Source: Carcharhinus longimanus (lineage: Eukaryota). Taken from it: a stretch of 63,747 nt of DNA. The notes below the pieces were generated by a model. That model searched no databases. It was not told the origin of the DNA and worked only from the letters and a program-made list of their open reading frames with translations. Location of the stretch: contig JASCQW010000109.1 in assembly GCA_030264375.1 (NCBI GenBank), positions 54,279,161-54,342,907 of the forward strand, written 5' to 3'. Every line of letters begins with the position of its first letter. Positions within the stretch are counted from its first letter, which is position 1. The position numbers were made by a program, and so were the translations under genes. Positions 48,380 to 62,760 of the stretch are shown here, in pieces.

Positions 48380-49900
48380 GGCTGGTCAGTTTAAACTCTG
48401 AGACGCTTTGAGAAACGGTAATTCGGGACTAAATTAATGATCATGTGGGCAAAAGGAAAGCAAGCTGATTTGTTAAAGGCCACTTGTTTTTAACTTGGAG
48501 TTTTTTTGAACAGGTAACAAAGAGGGTTGATGAGGGTAAAGTTGCTGATGTGTACATGGACTTCTGAAAGAAGTGGTGATTTGAGCAAAATTAGAGCTTG
48601 TGGGCTGAAAGGAACAGGAGTGAAAAAATATGGAATTGGTGAGTGAGAGGAAACAGGGTAGAGGATAACAGCTGTTTTTTCAGACTGGAGGAAGGTTTGT
48701 TGTGGACTTCCACAGGAATTGGTGCAGAGACTTCTGGCTTCCTGATGTGTGTTAATACCTTAGAACTTGATGTATAGGGTACAATTTCAAAATTTACAGA
48801 TGATACAAATATTGTGAACTGAGGAGGAACTCCAAAAGAACACAACTTGATCAAATGGGTGGGCAATTGAAGTTTAATGTCGGCAAGTGGGAAGTGATTC
48901 ATTTTGGTAGAAAGAACATGGAGAGACAACATAAACTAAAGGGTATGATTCCAAACTGTTGCAGGAGCTGATTGACCTGGGTATGTATGTGGATAAATGA
49001 TTGTAGGTGGCAGGGACAGGTTGAGAGAGCAGTTATTAAAGCTTAGGATGCTGGATGCTGTATACTTTATCAATAAGGCAAAGAAATTGTTAAATTTGTA
49101 TAAACCACTAGTTTGGCCTCAACTTGATTATTATGTCCAGTACTGGGAATGGCATTTCTGAAGGCTGCAAACACACTTGAATATTCAGCCATGATTACTT
49201 TGCAGCCATTTTTTATAGTGGCTTTCATATCACACTCATTTCTTTCTGTTTGTTTTATCAATTGTTCCATTTTGTGGCGAATGCTGTTTATAATCAGAGA
49301 AAGTGTCTTTAATTCTATCTTTTTACCATTTTTCTCCATTATGATCTTATTTGCTGGTGGACTTGTATGCTGCATTCCTTTCTGTATATTTCTTTCTGCT
49401 TTTCTCTTGCACTCCAATTTGTCCCTCTTTATTTTTTAATCATCCTTTATCGATTTCTAAAATTTTCCTAATGCACCCAACCACTATTTTTTTGCAGCAT
49501 TGTACATATTTTCTTTCAATTTAATACCATCTCTAACTTCCTTAGTTAGGCATGGATGGTGTATCCTCTAATTTTATTTACCTAATGCCAATTTACATGT
49601 GGCTCAGGTAATGATCCAGAAATGATTTTCTTTGAGGTCCTGTATTTTAATTTAGTACTTAGCTCGTATTCTCTACGCAGAACATCCTTCCTTCTGCTGC
49701 CTATGTCACTGGTACCTATATGGATCATGACTGTTGGATCCCCACCCTCCCACTGCAAGTTCCTCACCAAACCCTGGCACCACTATACTGTGGGAATTTG
49801 CTTGTGGTTCAGGTACTAATGCAGGGATTATTACCCTTCTGGTTCAGCTTTTTAATTTTGTCCCTAGTTGCTTGTACTTATTGAGCAGAACCTCTTTCTT
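48380..49900. mobile_element. Cluster of decayed CR1 ORF2/ORF1 fragments in both orientations
   Basis: RT-region remnants on + (48400-49180). An ORF1 esterase-like remnant, LQWEGGDPTVMIHIGTSDIG, is on - (49580-49770). Confidence 0.65.
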
Positions 49901-51759
49901 AATTCAAATTCAATAATCCCTACAGTGCATAAGAAGGCCATTGAGTCTCCACCAACTCTATCTGAGAGAACATCTTATCCAGTCCCTATCTCCTAATCCC
50001 ACATACTTGTCCCATTAACCCCCCTAATCTATATATCTTGGACATTAAGGGGCAAATTAGCATGGCCAATCAATCTACTCTGCACATCTTTGAACTGTGG
50101 GAGGAAACCCACACAAACACAAGAATAGGGCCTGGGTGGGATTGTGGCCTGTGCAGACTCAGTGGGCTGAATGGCCTTTTTCTGCACTGTAGGGATTCAG
50201 TGATACAATGAATGTGCAAACACCACGCAGTTGTTAGCAGCTGCCTGGATCATGACAAGTGGATCCTTCCACTCTTTTTCCAAGTTCCTCTTCAGCCCAA
50301 AGGAAGTGTTCAGGGACAACCTTTGGGACTGTTGCTCTTGCTGCAGAGGACAGTCTCAGTCTCCCTAATTATATTGTTCCCTGCACTATAGTTTAGTTTT
50401 CTAAGTTTGGATGCTGAAGTTCCTTACTACAAACATTTGCAGATGTAGTCCACCAGATCCCACATGCTACAGTGCAACATGTCACCTGCCATCTCAATGT
50501 GTTTCATTTAAGTAAACAGGTTCAAGTTGAGAAATATCATTCAACAGTTGTCTGTAGCTATACCAAGTACTTCAGCTAGTTGGGCTATTAATTTAGTTCA
50601 AAATCTGTAACTCCAGTACAAATTCATGCTACTGACTGTGATTACAAGAGATAAGCCTTCAAATATGTATCAAACAATCACTTACCTCACTCACCCCTAA
50701 TTAAAGCTTTGAACACTCATCAGCTTCAGAGAGTTTCCCATCTATACCAAAGTCACTTGGTGCTGTCCCACCCGGGCCATATCACGCTTTGTGCTCCCAT
50801 GCTAGAGTGAAAGTGACATGGTCTTCTGTGTTGAATGGATTGATTTTTCAGAGGAGGCTTTGCACGCATGCATATTCTCTTCCACGTGTTAACCCTTCCT
50901 CACTGCAATGTAATTCTTTCCTAGACAATGTGCCACGGTGCTGAGTGCTCACATGTTGTCCTTAAGAATCCATTATTATTAAGCTGGATGATGAGGGTTG
51001 ACAGATTATTTGACCATACCAGTGTCAGATCTTGTCCTTCACAGTTTGTCGTTATGTAGGGTCTTCAATTTGGAGAAGTGTTCCAAGGCATTTTATGAAA
51101 TTACACAGAATTTTGCATTGATAGTTAATTTAACTCGTTTGGCCACGTAATTGTTTGTTCTGCATGGGACTCCTTCCATCGTTTTTCTAGGGGTATAACC
51201 TTCTATTCTTTTCTCCTTGTACTTGTCTAGCTTCACCTTAAATATGTCTGTGCTTTTACCCTTAGATAGTTGTTCTGTTAGCAAGCTCCTCATTCTAACA
51301 TGTTTGTGGAAGGACTTCCTTTGATTTATTAGCGCCTAATAACACCTTGTATTTCCCGCAAGTGAAAATTCTTAATAGAAGTGTAACCAGAGAAAATGAA
51401 TGCTTAAGGAAAGAAGATATTACCGTTGATCAAAGTCTGGTTAAGGTGATAAGCCTTAAGGAGGCGAGCAGAAGCAAGGCGCAGAGGTTTATGGAGGAAA
51501 TCCCAGAGTAGGACTAACAGCAGAAGGAAAATATTGGTGGGATGTGGGAGGAGTATTGGTGTGGTTGTCTTTTATAGTTCACTCGGAGTTTGAGTTGCTG
51601 TGATAATGTGCACCTTTACATACATGTTTGCAGTCTAGACCCATAGATAGTGATGGTAGAAGCTCTAACTTTTTTCTCATGGTTCACATGGCCAATCAGG
51701 GATCTCCTACTCTTATTGCCAGCCATTGGTATGTTGGAAGGACTTGCAGATTGATATTC

Positions 51760-51981
51760 AACTGGAATTCTCTGCCTATTGAAGTGGTGGAGGCTACCTC
51801 ACTAAATATATTTAAGTCATGGGTAGATAGGTTTCTGATAGACAAGGGAATTAAGGGTTATGGGGAGAAAGCAGGAAAGTGGAACTGATCCACCTCAGAT
51901 CTGCCATGATCTTATTGAATGGCGGGGCAGACTCAAAGGGCTAGATGGCCTACTCCTGCTCCTATTTCTTATTTTCTTATG
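51760..51981 (+). mobile_element. CR1 LINE 3' end
   Basis: WNSLPIEVVEATSLNIFKSWVDRFLIDKGIKGYG plus tail. Confidence 0.8.
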
Positions 51982-53044
51982 AGAATCGCCCCACAATACT
52001 AGGCTCAATTTTAACTCAGTGTAATGGAGGTTTTGAATGGGTAAAAATGGGATAAAAATAGGTCAGTTGGCCACTCCCTGTGCAGTAAGCATCTATGGTT
52101 TCCAATTCCTGCTTTTGTATGGTGAGATCAGTATACAGGTTGACTGTTGGTGACAGGCCATGAAATGGTACAATAACTCTGTGCCTCTGATTAACAGAAC
52201 AATGTAGGCGTCAATGAAAAGTTGACACTATTGTTGCTTTGAACCTCCACAAGCTTCCTTTAAGATGTTCAATTGGCAGAAGGTTTTAAGCAGAACAGTA
52301 GTCAATCAATCAACCAGTTGGGCATAAAGGGACAAAGAGTTATATAGATTTATTAGTGTTCATGAGGAAACAGATTCACAGAAACAGGATGATAAGAAAG
52401 GTTAGGGGAAAGGTAGGCAGTTGGAAGACACCTTACAAACAGATAATAATTTTAGACTAGGACAATATTACATTCATAAATACAATCAACAGAAGAATGA
52501 TTCCTATGGGGATTGAAACATAATGACTAGGATTCTCCCAAAAAAATTCAAAGTGCTGGATTTGCATGAAAACTGGAGTCCTGTTCACTTACTAACTGAC
52601 ATTTTCTATCGAAGCATCACACTCCTAACACTTATGGCCTCACCTTACACACACAACTAGCAGCACTGCAAAACCCATACCCAGCTCTCACAGTCTGTAC
52701 AATCAACTACAACAGGCACATCTTGCAGACATAATGCACCACACTTTCCGACACGTCCTGTCTTGTGCAGGACAGTGTGGCAATTTATGAGACACTCCCT
52801 CGAGTGCCTTGTCCGAGTCTTTACGTCGCTCGTTGATGAATGCCACGCATTTCGGAATGGAATCTGACTGTCTCCCACCAGATAGACTACAGCCGGGTGG
52901 ACTGTTGGCAGAAGCGGGTGTTGATCTCAATAATGGTTTGCAGCCAAGCGGAATGTCACAGCACCAAGAATGGAGCCAGATTAGGTTAGTTCCCGCTCGT
53001 ATATCCGGAGACATTTACCCATAAAATCATCATCTGATCATGAT

Positions 53045-53395
53045 CATAGAGTCATAGAAACCCTACTGTGCAGAAAGAGGCCATTCAGCCAATCGAGTCT
53101 GCACTGACAACAATCCCACCCAGGCCCTGCCCCCCCGCAACCACACATATTTACCCCACTAATCCCTCCAACCTACACATCCTAGGACACTAAGGGGCAA
53201 TTTAGCATGGCCAATCAACCTAACCTGCACATCTTTGGATTGTGGGAGGAAAGTGGAGCACCTGGAGAAAACCCATGCAAACACGGGGAGAATGTACAAA
53301 CTCCACACAGACAGTGACCCAAACCGGGGATCAAACCCAGGTCCCTGGCCTTGTGAGGCAGCAGTGCTAATTACTGTGCCACCGTGCTGCCCCCA
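53045..53395 (-). mobile_element. HE1-type SINE
   Basis: Full-length reverse copy. Confidence 0.85.
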
Positions 53396-54134
53396 TGATG
53401 CTTTTTTAGTAAAACCACAACAGTACAAATAGCAACACAACAACTCCAACAATATTCAAAGCTACGTTCGACACCCTACTCGCACAACATGTATATAGTA
53501 CCGCTTGCCATCTGACCTTGCCCTACGCTTCAAGGCATTAGTCTCTAGGTTCCGTGAACTTCTTCTTGTCCTCACCTCTGGTTTCGTGATCTTCACGAAG
53601 AAGACAGTGGCAGTGAAATTTGAGTTGGATTAATAAATCTAGCATATAAAGCTGGACTCAGTATTGATGACCATGACAACTTTTGTTGTAAAACCCATTT
53701 GGTTCACGACTGTCCTTTATGGAAGGAAATTAGCCACCCTTATCCTGGCCTGGCCTCTTAAATGCCCTCCTGAAATGGCTTCACAGGCCATTCACTTCAA
53801 GTGGAATTATCTATGGGCGACAAATGCCAACCTTGCCAGCAATGCCCACATCCCACCAAAGAATAAGGAAAATAAAGCACCGAATCCATGTGCTCCACAT
53901 TAAACTCGTCCACTCAGTTCCTCTGCCACTTTCTGCCAAGACTGTTTGGGCTGATGGGCCTTCTCCTGTTGATTGCTGGGTACAGAATGTAATGGGGTTC
54001 TGACACCGCCTCCAAGTAAACATTAAAACCACATCGGTTTGGGTGTCTGTCATTCTGGTGAGCTGCTCGCTGTTCCTCTACTTCCTCCATCCTCCACTAA
54101 ATCAGGAACCAAAATAAAGGCAGCCAGCAAGTAG

Positions 54135-54406
54135 GTTTATATTAACACTGCAATGAAGTTACTGTGAAAATCCCCTAGTTACCACACTCTGGCGCCTGTT
54201 CAGGTGGGAGAATTTAGCATGGCCAATGCACCTAACCAGCATGTCTTTCAGACTGTGGGAGGAAACTAGAGCACCTGGAGGAAACCCACACAGACACGGG
54301 GAGTATGTGCAGACTCCGCACAGACAATGACCCAAGTCAGGATTCGAACCCAGGTCCCTGGTGCTGTGAGGCAGCAATGCTAACCACTGAGTTACAGTGT
54401 TGCCCC
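54135..54406 (-). mobile_element. V-SINE type B (partial copy also at about 46310-46500 +)
   Basis: Reverse complement of the 10024-10330 type. Confidence 0.8.
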
Positions 54407-55019
54407 TTGCCTCTTTTCGGGCAGTGAGGGCCTCCCTGGTGAATTGGCTGACCCATTTAAAATCATGTCCAAAAATTCTTTCTCATTATTTTGGGTCCCA
54501 CTTTTCCTAAAATTTTAGGTGTAATTATATGCCTACTCAGAATGGATGGGCAAGGAGCAAACTTCTATTATCTGGGTATCTTAGCTCTGGAATGAAAATT
54601 CCCAAAAACCTAACCAAACTGGAATCACACATCATTTGTATGATCAAGATTTTATATAGTGGTTCCTTCAATTGCAGTCAGGTTTTTGTATTAATAGTGT
54701 ATTAATAAGAGTAATTTTAATTCTGTTATGAAACTTGGTCATTGACTTTGAGCCTCATTTATGTCTACTTGAATTGAAATTCTGAGGCTACTGATCTAGC
54801 TGTAGTTTAAATAGTTTAATGTCAATTAGGGCCAACTTTAAGCAGTTTGTGCTGTGAAATTCTCCCAAGAACTGTGTTATAAGTTTATGAGTATTTGAAC
54901 ACAGGAACTGATAAACCATTCATGAGAGATGTGATTGCCATTGCATCAGTGTGCATAGATACACTGATCTACACTGAACACACATCCCGAGAAACCAAAT
55001 TCCAACTAACTACTATCTA

Positions 55020-55268
55020 TCTAATCAGGTGCAAAAGTCTGAGGTCACGTACCAACTGACTCAAGAACAGCTTCTTCCCTGCTGCTGTCAGACTTCTGAA
55101 TGGACCTACCATGCATTAAGTTGGCCTTTCTCTACTCCAGCTATGACTGTAACACTACATTCTACATTCTCTAGTTTCCTTCCCTATGAATCGTTTGCTT
55201 TATCTGTATAGTGAGCAAGAAATAATACTTTTCATTGTATGCTAATGCATGTGACAATAAATCAAATC
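55020..55268 (+). mobile_element. Rex1/Babar-type LINE 3' end fragment (another at about 55930-56082)
   Basis: Aligns by eye to 13250-13485 (accaactgactcaagaacagcttcttccctgctg...tgtgacaataaatcaaa). Confidence 0.75.
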
Positions 55269-55608
55269 GTGGGACATGGGGTTTTGGCTGGCCAGCATTT
55301 ATCGCCCATCCCTAGTTGCCCAGGGCAGTTGAGAGTCAACCACATTGCTGATTTAGAGTCACATGTAGGCCAAACCAAGTGAGGACAGAAGATTCCATTC
55401 CCTAAAGAACATGAGTGAATTGTATGGGTTTTTCCAATAATCGACAATGGTTTCATAGTCATCAGTAGATTCTTAATTCCAAACTTTTTTTTACTGAAAT
55501 CAAATTCTACCATCTACTGTGGTGGGATTCGAACCCAGGTCCCCAGAATATTAAGTAAGTTTCTGGGTTAACAGTCTAGCAATAATGCCACTAGGCTATT
55601 GCCTCCCC
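55268..55608 (-). mobile_element. SINE type C
   Basis: Reverse copy abutting a Rex1 tail. Confidence 0.8.
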
Positions 55609-57704
55609 TGATCAACATTCATCCCTCAGCTAAGTCCATCAAAACAGACTGACTGATCATTTATTCCATATATTGTTCACAGCACCTTGGCCGTGTGCAA
55701 CTGATTGGTGTTTTTGCCTACATAACAATAGTGACCATTTAAAAAAAAATACTAATTGCCTGGGAAATATTTTGTCACGCCCTGAAGACTTGAAAGGCGC
55801 CAAGTGAATTTTTTTTTCATTTCTTCTCTCTTTCCCTGGCAGGATAGAAGAGGGCATGCCTTCTAATTCTACCTTTTATCTCATTCTATGCTTCCAAAAC
55901 TTTATTCTAGCTCTTTTAAACTCTCTAACAATGCTCTTTCTCTGCACCCTAGCTATAACTGTAACACTAAAAAGCACACTCTGCTTTCCTTCTCTATGTA
56001 CGCTATGCTTTCCCTGTATAGCATGCAAGAAACAATACTTATCACTTTATATTAACACATGTGACAATAATGAATCAAATCAAAGCAACTCAAAAGAACT
56101 GACACAACTGGCAGAACAATCCGAAATATATAGCCATCGCATGATTAGGATTATTTATTTAGCAAGGTGGTACAAGAGGAATACCACCACTGAGGTGATG
56201 GAGTAATCTTGAACCTGTGCTTTTTTTCCTTATGTATAAATATTTTAAAGTTTTAAATTATAATGCATTGACAGCACGATGGAATCAGCAGGGTGACAGT
56301 CTCTCATCACTGGTCATTTTGTTGTGCTCTGCTTGGAAGTATAAACACGGTAAAATTCCTCACGAGCTATTACCATGACAACACTGACCTTTAAAAATAA
56401 ATTAACTGCAGCGAGTGGCTCCTTGTTAGTTTTGTTCAGAATCGGCTCATCTTCGCGCGCGGATCAACGTGTATTTTTTTTTAATAAAAGGTCAGATTTC
56501 CGAACACAGTCCCTTCAAACAACTCCCATATGTGCAAGTTCAACGTTCTTCACAGTGTAGAAATGCAAGCGAGTATTTGCAAAGAGTATCATTTACCCTG
56601 ATTTGAAAAGAGTTGTGCGAGTTGTTAAATGCACTTCAGAGCCGTGAGGGGATATTTTGGTATGAGAGGCTAGAGAATTGCAGAACTTTGTGTGCAGCCA
56701 ATAACTGCATTCCAATCCACCAACTACATTCATTACTAGTGTAGAAAATTCTAATCACAGTAACTGAGCATTTAACACTGTACAGTAAAAAAAAGACACA
56801 AAACTCACCAGAGTCCTAGAGCTAAAGGACTGATACTGGTTAACAGTAGGTGCAATAGTGGCTCACAGAAAACCTCAATGACGTGAGCCTTTGAATATCC
56901 ACAGAGAGCTAGAATGACATATTTCTTTGCTGACATGCCTTATTTAACAAACAAAATAAAAAAAAAAGAGCGACCCACATTCTTGCCTGACTTCAAAGAA
57001 GGACAGTCCTGGTACTGTTCGACTGCAACTGGGGTGAAGATGGAGAGCAGCCAAACAGCAGCAGCACGTCTGATTATAAACAGCATTCCATCAGCAGTGA
57101 TCCACTACTCACACTGCTTTAAAGAATTCTCAAATAATCTGGGGAGTTTAGGCCTCCAGTAGGGAGCATGGTGTAAAGAATGAGATCACCTCTCCAAAGC
57201 AAGTTAAGAAGAGTTCCCTTCTTAATTATTTGAATGAATTAAAAGTTCTAAAAGCAGACTAAAAAGATGCTTTGATCTTAATCCTATTCTCCAACAAGCC
57301 TCAGATACATTTTTGTATAATTGAATGGCCTGTTAATTGGTGCAATTGCAGGTTCAAGCTTATTCATATTTCTGTGCTGGCTCACTTTGCAACTCTCGGG
57401 GGCTGGCCCTGGAAGTAATCTCTAATGCTTCCATAAATAGCTCAATCCCCTTTGGTGGACTGATTTTTCCCTTTCTTCCCGGACATTGCTACTTCGTTTT
57501 CCTAAGTCCGTGGGGAAATTCACAAATCTGTGGGGAGGTTTCCTGCAGTGTGTAGCTTTCTTCAGCTTTGCCCTGTTATTCCCAGCCTCTCCATGACGAT
57601 CTCTCCTTGCCCACCTTGCTTTCAGCTGAGGTGGCAGCCGGGGAATTGGAATTGACCTCAATGTTAGGAATGGGAAAACCAGCATGGGTTCCTGCTCTTA
57701 ATCC

Positions 57705-58190
57705 AGAATCATAGAAAGTTAACATTACAGAAAAAGGCCACTTGGTCTGTGATGGCCGATAAACAAGCCACCGAACTTCATCTCATTTTCCAGCATTTAG
57801 TCAGTAGCCCTGCAGGTTATGGCTCATCAGGTGCATATCCAGATACCTTTCAAAAAAATTGAGGGTTTCTGCTTCAACGACTCTTCAGGCCTTGAGTTCC
57901 AGATCTCCACGCATCCTCTGCGTGAAAACAAAATACCTCACTCCCATCTAATCTTCGACCAACAACTTGAAGTCTATGCCCCCTAGTCCCTGACCTCTCT
58001 GCCAAATAGGCCTTTTCCCATCCACTCCATCCAGGCCGGTCACAAGTTTGTAGATGTTAATCAATCCTCCCCTCAGCCTCCTCTATTTCAAAGACAGCAA
58101 ATCCAGTTAATCTAATCTTTCCTTCTTGCTGCAGTGCAGGCAACATCCTTGTAAATCTCCTCTATACCCTCTCTCATATAACTATATTAG
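57705..58190 (-). mobile_element. Decayed CR1 LINE 3' fragment
   Basis: CR1-type 3' UTR and ORF2 end on the minus strand. Confidence 0.65.
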
Positions 58191-58300
58191 GCAGAATCTT
58201 TCACAGTGTGTCAAGTCATGGGAGAAAAATGGTATGCAGCCCGCCAGTGGTACTGCTGGCTTTTCCTGCCTTTTTTTTACACATTGCAAAGAGAAAATTT

Positions 58301-58648
58301 GGAGCGGCATGGTAGCACAGTGGTTAGCACTGCTGTTTCACAGCTCCAGGGACCTGAGTTCAATTCCCAGCTCAGGTCAGTGTCTGTGTGGAGTTTGCAT
58401 ATTCTCCTTGCGTCTGCGTGGGTTTCCTCCGGGTGCTCCGGTTTCCTCCCACAATCCAAAGATGTGCGGGTTAGGTTGATTGGCCGTGATAAAATTGCCC
58501 CTTAGTGTCCTGAGATGCGTAGGTTAGAGGGATTTGTGAGTAAAATATGTAGGGATATGGGGGTAGGGCCTGGGCGGGATTATGGTTGGTGCAGACTTGA
58601 TGGGCCGAAGGGCCTCTTTCTGCACTATAGGGTTCTATGATTCTATGG
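58301..58648 (+). mobile_element. HE1-type SINE (partial copies also at about 11363-11575 -, 12060-12230 +, 30101-30178 -, 49913-50205)
   Basis: Full-length copy with an (ttctatga)n tail. Confidence 0.85.
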
Positions 58649-59916
58649 CTTTATGAAAATCCTGGAACAGATCCCATGACATCACACTATTAGGATGGGC
58701 TCATTTGCCCGTTACCTCGGCTCCTGGGAAAAAGTAAAGTTCTCTAACTTGGCCTCTGGTATGTAGGAGCTCTTACTTTCTCATTCAATTGATTTGACCC
58801 ACAGTTCATGTTCATCAGCTGAGGTGCCCTGAGACAGTTGTCATCCAAACATCATTCGTGTACAGAACCTCCTTAACTAGGTTCATGACAGTTTTGATGA
58901 CAAGGGTTTCCCAGAGACTCCTTTATCGCACCCTTTTAATAAGCCTTGTTGAACCATCTGGTCAATTCTGGTAAAACTGAAGCATTGATAGTAAAATTGT
59001 CCAATTCGTAATCCCTGCTCTAACCTTATTTTTGTTTTCTGTTCTGTTCAACTATATTATACACATGCACGCAGCTCCTTGTAAATGTGCTCTTTCTGTT
59101 CTCCCCTATGCTACAGTCCTCCTTTATCTGCAGTGTTGTATGTTATACATATCTCAGAACAGTACAGAGATGACACTGGTTTCTAAGTGTGTAACCAGTT
59201 TTATTCATTGTGCTTTACAGTGATATTCCATGCTTCTAATACTGCCTTCCAGTTCTTTCTTTGGCTTAGTTTACTTTTCTCCAAGTCCACATTTAGACTT
59301 AACTAACCAAACACAGTGAGCATCAATAGAAAACAGTCACATAATGAAAGACAGAGCAACAAGCTTTCTTTTCAATCTGAGCACAGGGCTTTTGCTTTAA
59401 CTTCCTTCCTGTTCAGGTCAAGTGTCATATGAACCAGCATTTCTTTTGAAGCAAAAATGCTGCACAATTGATCCCATTAAATTGATGCAAACTCTCTTAA
59501 AAAGTTACAGATCCCACAGACATTTTAAAGAAATTACATATTCTTCGTACTATACTGCTTTTGGGTCAAAGGTCATCACATTTCCCAATGAGAAAGAATG
59601 TCTTCAGGAGAGGAGGAAGCCGAAGGGGAGTGAATATTACCAAATAGTGACAAAAAAAATTGAGTTTAGGATGCTTTTGCGTTGACACAAAAGAGCGATC
59701 ATCAGATGAAACAGGAACAGGAGCTAATAGATGGGTCCTTGAGCCTGCTCCATTATTGAATACAATCATAGTGGTCTTCGGCCCACTTTGCTGCCCATTC
59801 CTTGGATCCAACTGGAGCTCAAAATTCCATGGATCCCAGTTTTGAATCCTCAATATTAAGTCTCTGGGTTGGAGGATTCCAAAGATTCGCAGCCTTCTAA
59901 GTGAAGGAATTGTTCC

Positions 59917-60278
59917 TTTTTTTATTCATTGATTGGATATGGGTGTCACTGGCTGGCCAGCATTTATCGCCCATCCCTAGTTTGCCCAAGGATAATTGAG
60001 AGTCAGCCACATTGCTGTGGCTCTGGAGTCATATGTCAGCCAGAACAGATTTCCTGACCTAAAGGACACTGGTGAACCAGATGAGTTTTTCTGACAATCA
60101 ACAACGGTTTTGCAGTCATTAGTTCGCAGTCATCAGTAGATTCTTAATTCCAGATATTTTGTATTGAATTCAAATTCCACCACTTGCCAGGGCAGGATTT
60201 GAACCCAGGTCCCTAAAACATTAGCTGAGTTTCTGGATTAACAGCCTAACAATAATACCACTAAGTCATTGCCTCCCC
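59917..60278 (-). mobile_element. SINE type C
   Basis: Reverse copy. Confidence 0.8.
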
Positions 60279-61681
60279 ATCTCAGTCCTAAATGATCAGC
60301 CCTTTATCCCTCCCCCACCACTCGCCACCNNNNNNNNNNNNNNNNNNNNNNNNNNNNNNNNNNNNNNNNNNNNNNNNNNNNNNNNNNNNNNNNNNNNNNN
60401 NNNNNNNNNNNNNNNNNNNNNNNNNNNNNNNNNNNNNNNNNNNNNNNNNNNNNNNNNNNNNNNNNNNNNNNNNNNNNNNNNNNNNNNNNNNNNNNNNNNN
60501 NNNNNNNNNNNNNNNNNNNNNNNNNNNNNNNNNNNNNNNNNNNNNNNNNNNNNNNNNNNNNNNNNNNNNNNNNNNNNNNNNNNNNNNNNNNNNNNNNNNN
60601 NNNNNNNNNNNNNNNNNNNNNNNNNNNNNNNNNNNNNNNNNNNNNNNAAAAATATTTAGCGAGGTAGCCTCCACCACTTCAACGGGCAGAGAATTCCAGA
60701 GATTCACCACCCTTTGAGTGAAAGTGCAGACAGATGTTCTATAAGAAGGCAAATGTGAGTTCCTTTAATGGGAAGCTTGTCGGAAATGGAACGAAACTAA
60801 ATATGAACATCTTTTTAGGGTGTGTGAAAAGATAATAATGCCAGCAGCTCTCAAACTCTCACAGCTGAATGGGAAGCATGGCAAGCAAGACAAGAGGGGC
60901 ATTTCATGTTAGGAGGGCTACATCAAGAACAGATGCTAACCACGAACTAAAACTAAGGGTATTTGTACTTATGAGCAACAGTCACCTTCACACTTTTAAA
61001 CTTACAAAGAGTTAATTGAGAACCGGCCCTTTGGTATCCCAATTTGTTTGGTATTTTAATACTTCCAAATGTTTTTAACACTGGATGAACTCAGTAACAT
61101 TTGTGCCAAGGGCAAGGGGCTATACTTCCATTCTGAGAGAGCCCAATCTCAGTAAAATGATGCCATTGTTTTACTAAAGCTGCTATCGGCTAAGTAGTTA
61201 GATGGAATGTTGTCTCTGGTATATAATAAATGACTTGGCAACCCTATAACACATGGATTCTGGGACAGTTTGAACATTCCAACAGTGCGGGCCACGTTGT
61301 CATTGCAATCCCTTTTGTTGCAATAGGGAAATAAATTAAAGTATAGCAAGGATTTGGGAAAGAGCTCCTCGCGACAGCAGAGAGAAATTGAGAGGGACTT
61401 ACTATCTCTTCGTTCCTTTAATCCATTTACTCCTCAGTGAATTTTAAACATGAGGAAAGTATCATATTATCAGCTATACTTACTGGGTTTTATCAAAGTA
61501 ATAGACACCTTGCCATGCCAACATTAGGGGATATATGCATCTGTCCTCAATGGAACACAGGTTGATCATAAAAGTGTGGCTGAAATATCAAGTAAGGGGA
61601 TAAACTATGTTGTCCCTTTGTCATTGACTCCTTCATAGTCACTATTTTGTAAAACTCCACTTGACTGGGTCCTAAAATTTA

Positions 61682-62074
61682 TTTATTTTTTATTCAGTCG
61701 TGGGACTGGGTGTCGCTGGCTGGCCAGCATTTATTGTCCAACCCTAGTTGCCCTTGAACTGAGTGGCTTGCTAGGCCATTTCAGAAGGCAGTTGAGAGTC
61801 AATCATATTGCAGGGAATCTGGAGTCACATGTAGGCCAGACCAGGTAAGGAAGACAGATTTCCTTTCCTAAAGGACATTAATGAACCACATGGGTTTTTC
61901 TGACAATTGACAATGGTTTCACAGTCACCTGTGGATTCTTAATTTTGGATATTTTTTAATCAAGTTTAAATTCCACAATCTGCCGTGACGGCATTTGAAC
62001 ACAGGTCCCCAGAACATTAGCTGAATTTCTGGTTTAATAGTCTAGTGATAATACCACTAGGCCATCACCTCCCC
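61682..62074 (-). mobile_element. SINE type C (older copies at about 53600-53870 + and 63160-63510 -)
   Basis: Reverse copy, full length. Confidence 0.85.
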
Positions 62075-62479
62075 TTAATTAGAATAATCCAAATATTTCC
62101 AGATCAAGTCAATAACTCCAATAGACTTGTGGCTGTTTCCAAGTAATGGAAATTCACCTACACTTGAAACCTGCAAAACTAGCAGTGTTTAAAAAAAAGT
62201 ATCCAGCCCACCGAGTTTGTCCTATCTCGATCAATGATCAGCATCCAATCAGGTAAGATTCATTCCTCTCTCATGCTTTGGTGCTATCTTTTATCCCTCC
62301 ATTCCACATTAAATCAAGGAATTGTCCATGTGTTTTAATTTGTAGATTGAGTGGTACTAGTCTATAACTACTCTGCTTGGTACTATCTACAACTTTAAAG
62401 GGGATACGTTATAAAGGCAACGTTAGGACTGTTTGATCTGTTTCAATTGCTGCTAAATCTGATTCCATTCATGTCCTTC

Positions 62480-62760
62480 TGAACAAAGAACAAAGAACAA
62501 AACAGCACGGGAAACAGGCCCTTTGGCCCTCCAAACCTGCGCCACTCATGTTTACAACTACACTATTCGTTTGTATCCCTCCATTCCCAGTTTGTTCATG
62601 TGGCTATCCAGATAAGTTGTAAACGATCCCAGCGTGTCCGCCTCTACCACCTTGCTTGGCAGTGCATTCCAGACCCACACCCCCCTCTGTGTAAAATACA
62701 TCCCTCTGACATCTGTGTTAAACCTTGCCCCTCTCACCTTGAACCTGTGACCCCTTCTAA
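62480..62760 (-). mobile_element. CR1 LINE 3' end
   Basis: RGHRFKVRGARFNTDVRGMYFTQR..WNALPSKVVEADTLGSF with a (gaacaaa)n tail repeat. Confidence 0.8.

Noticed and set aside
50700-50730. Other CTGATGA occurrences (minus 50718, plus 19810, minus 59700, minus 40881) as hammerheads or C-box snoRNAs
   Set aside because: No correctly placed GAAA and stems, and no D box with a terminal stem.
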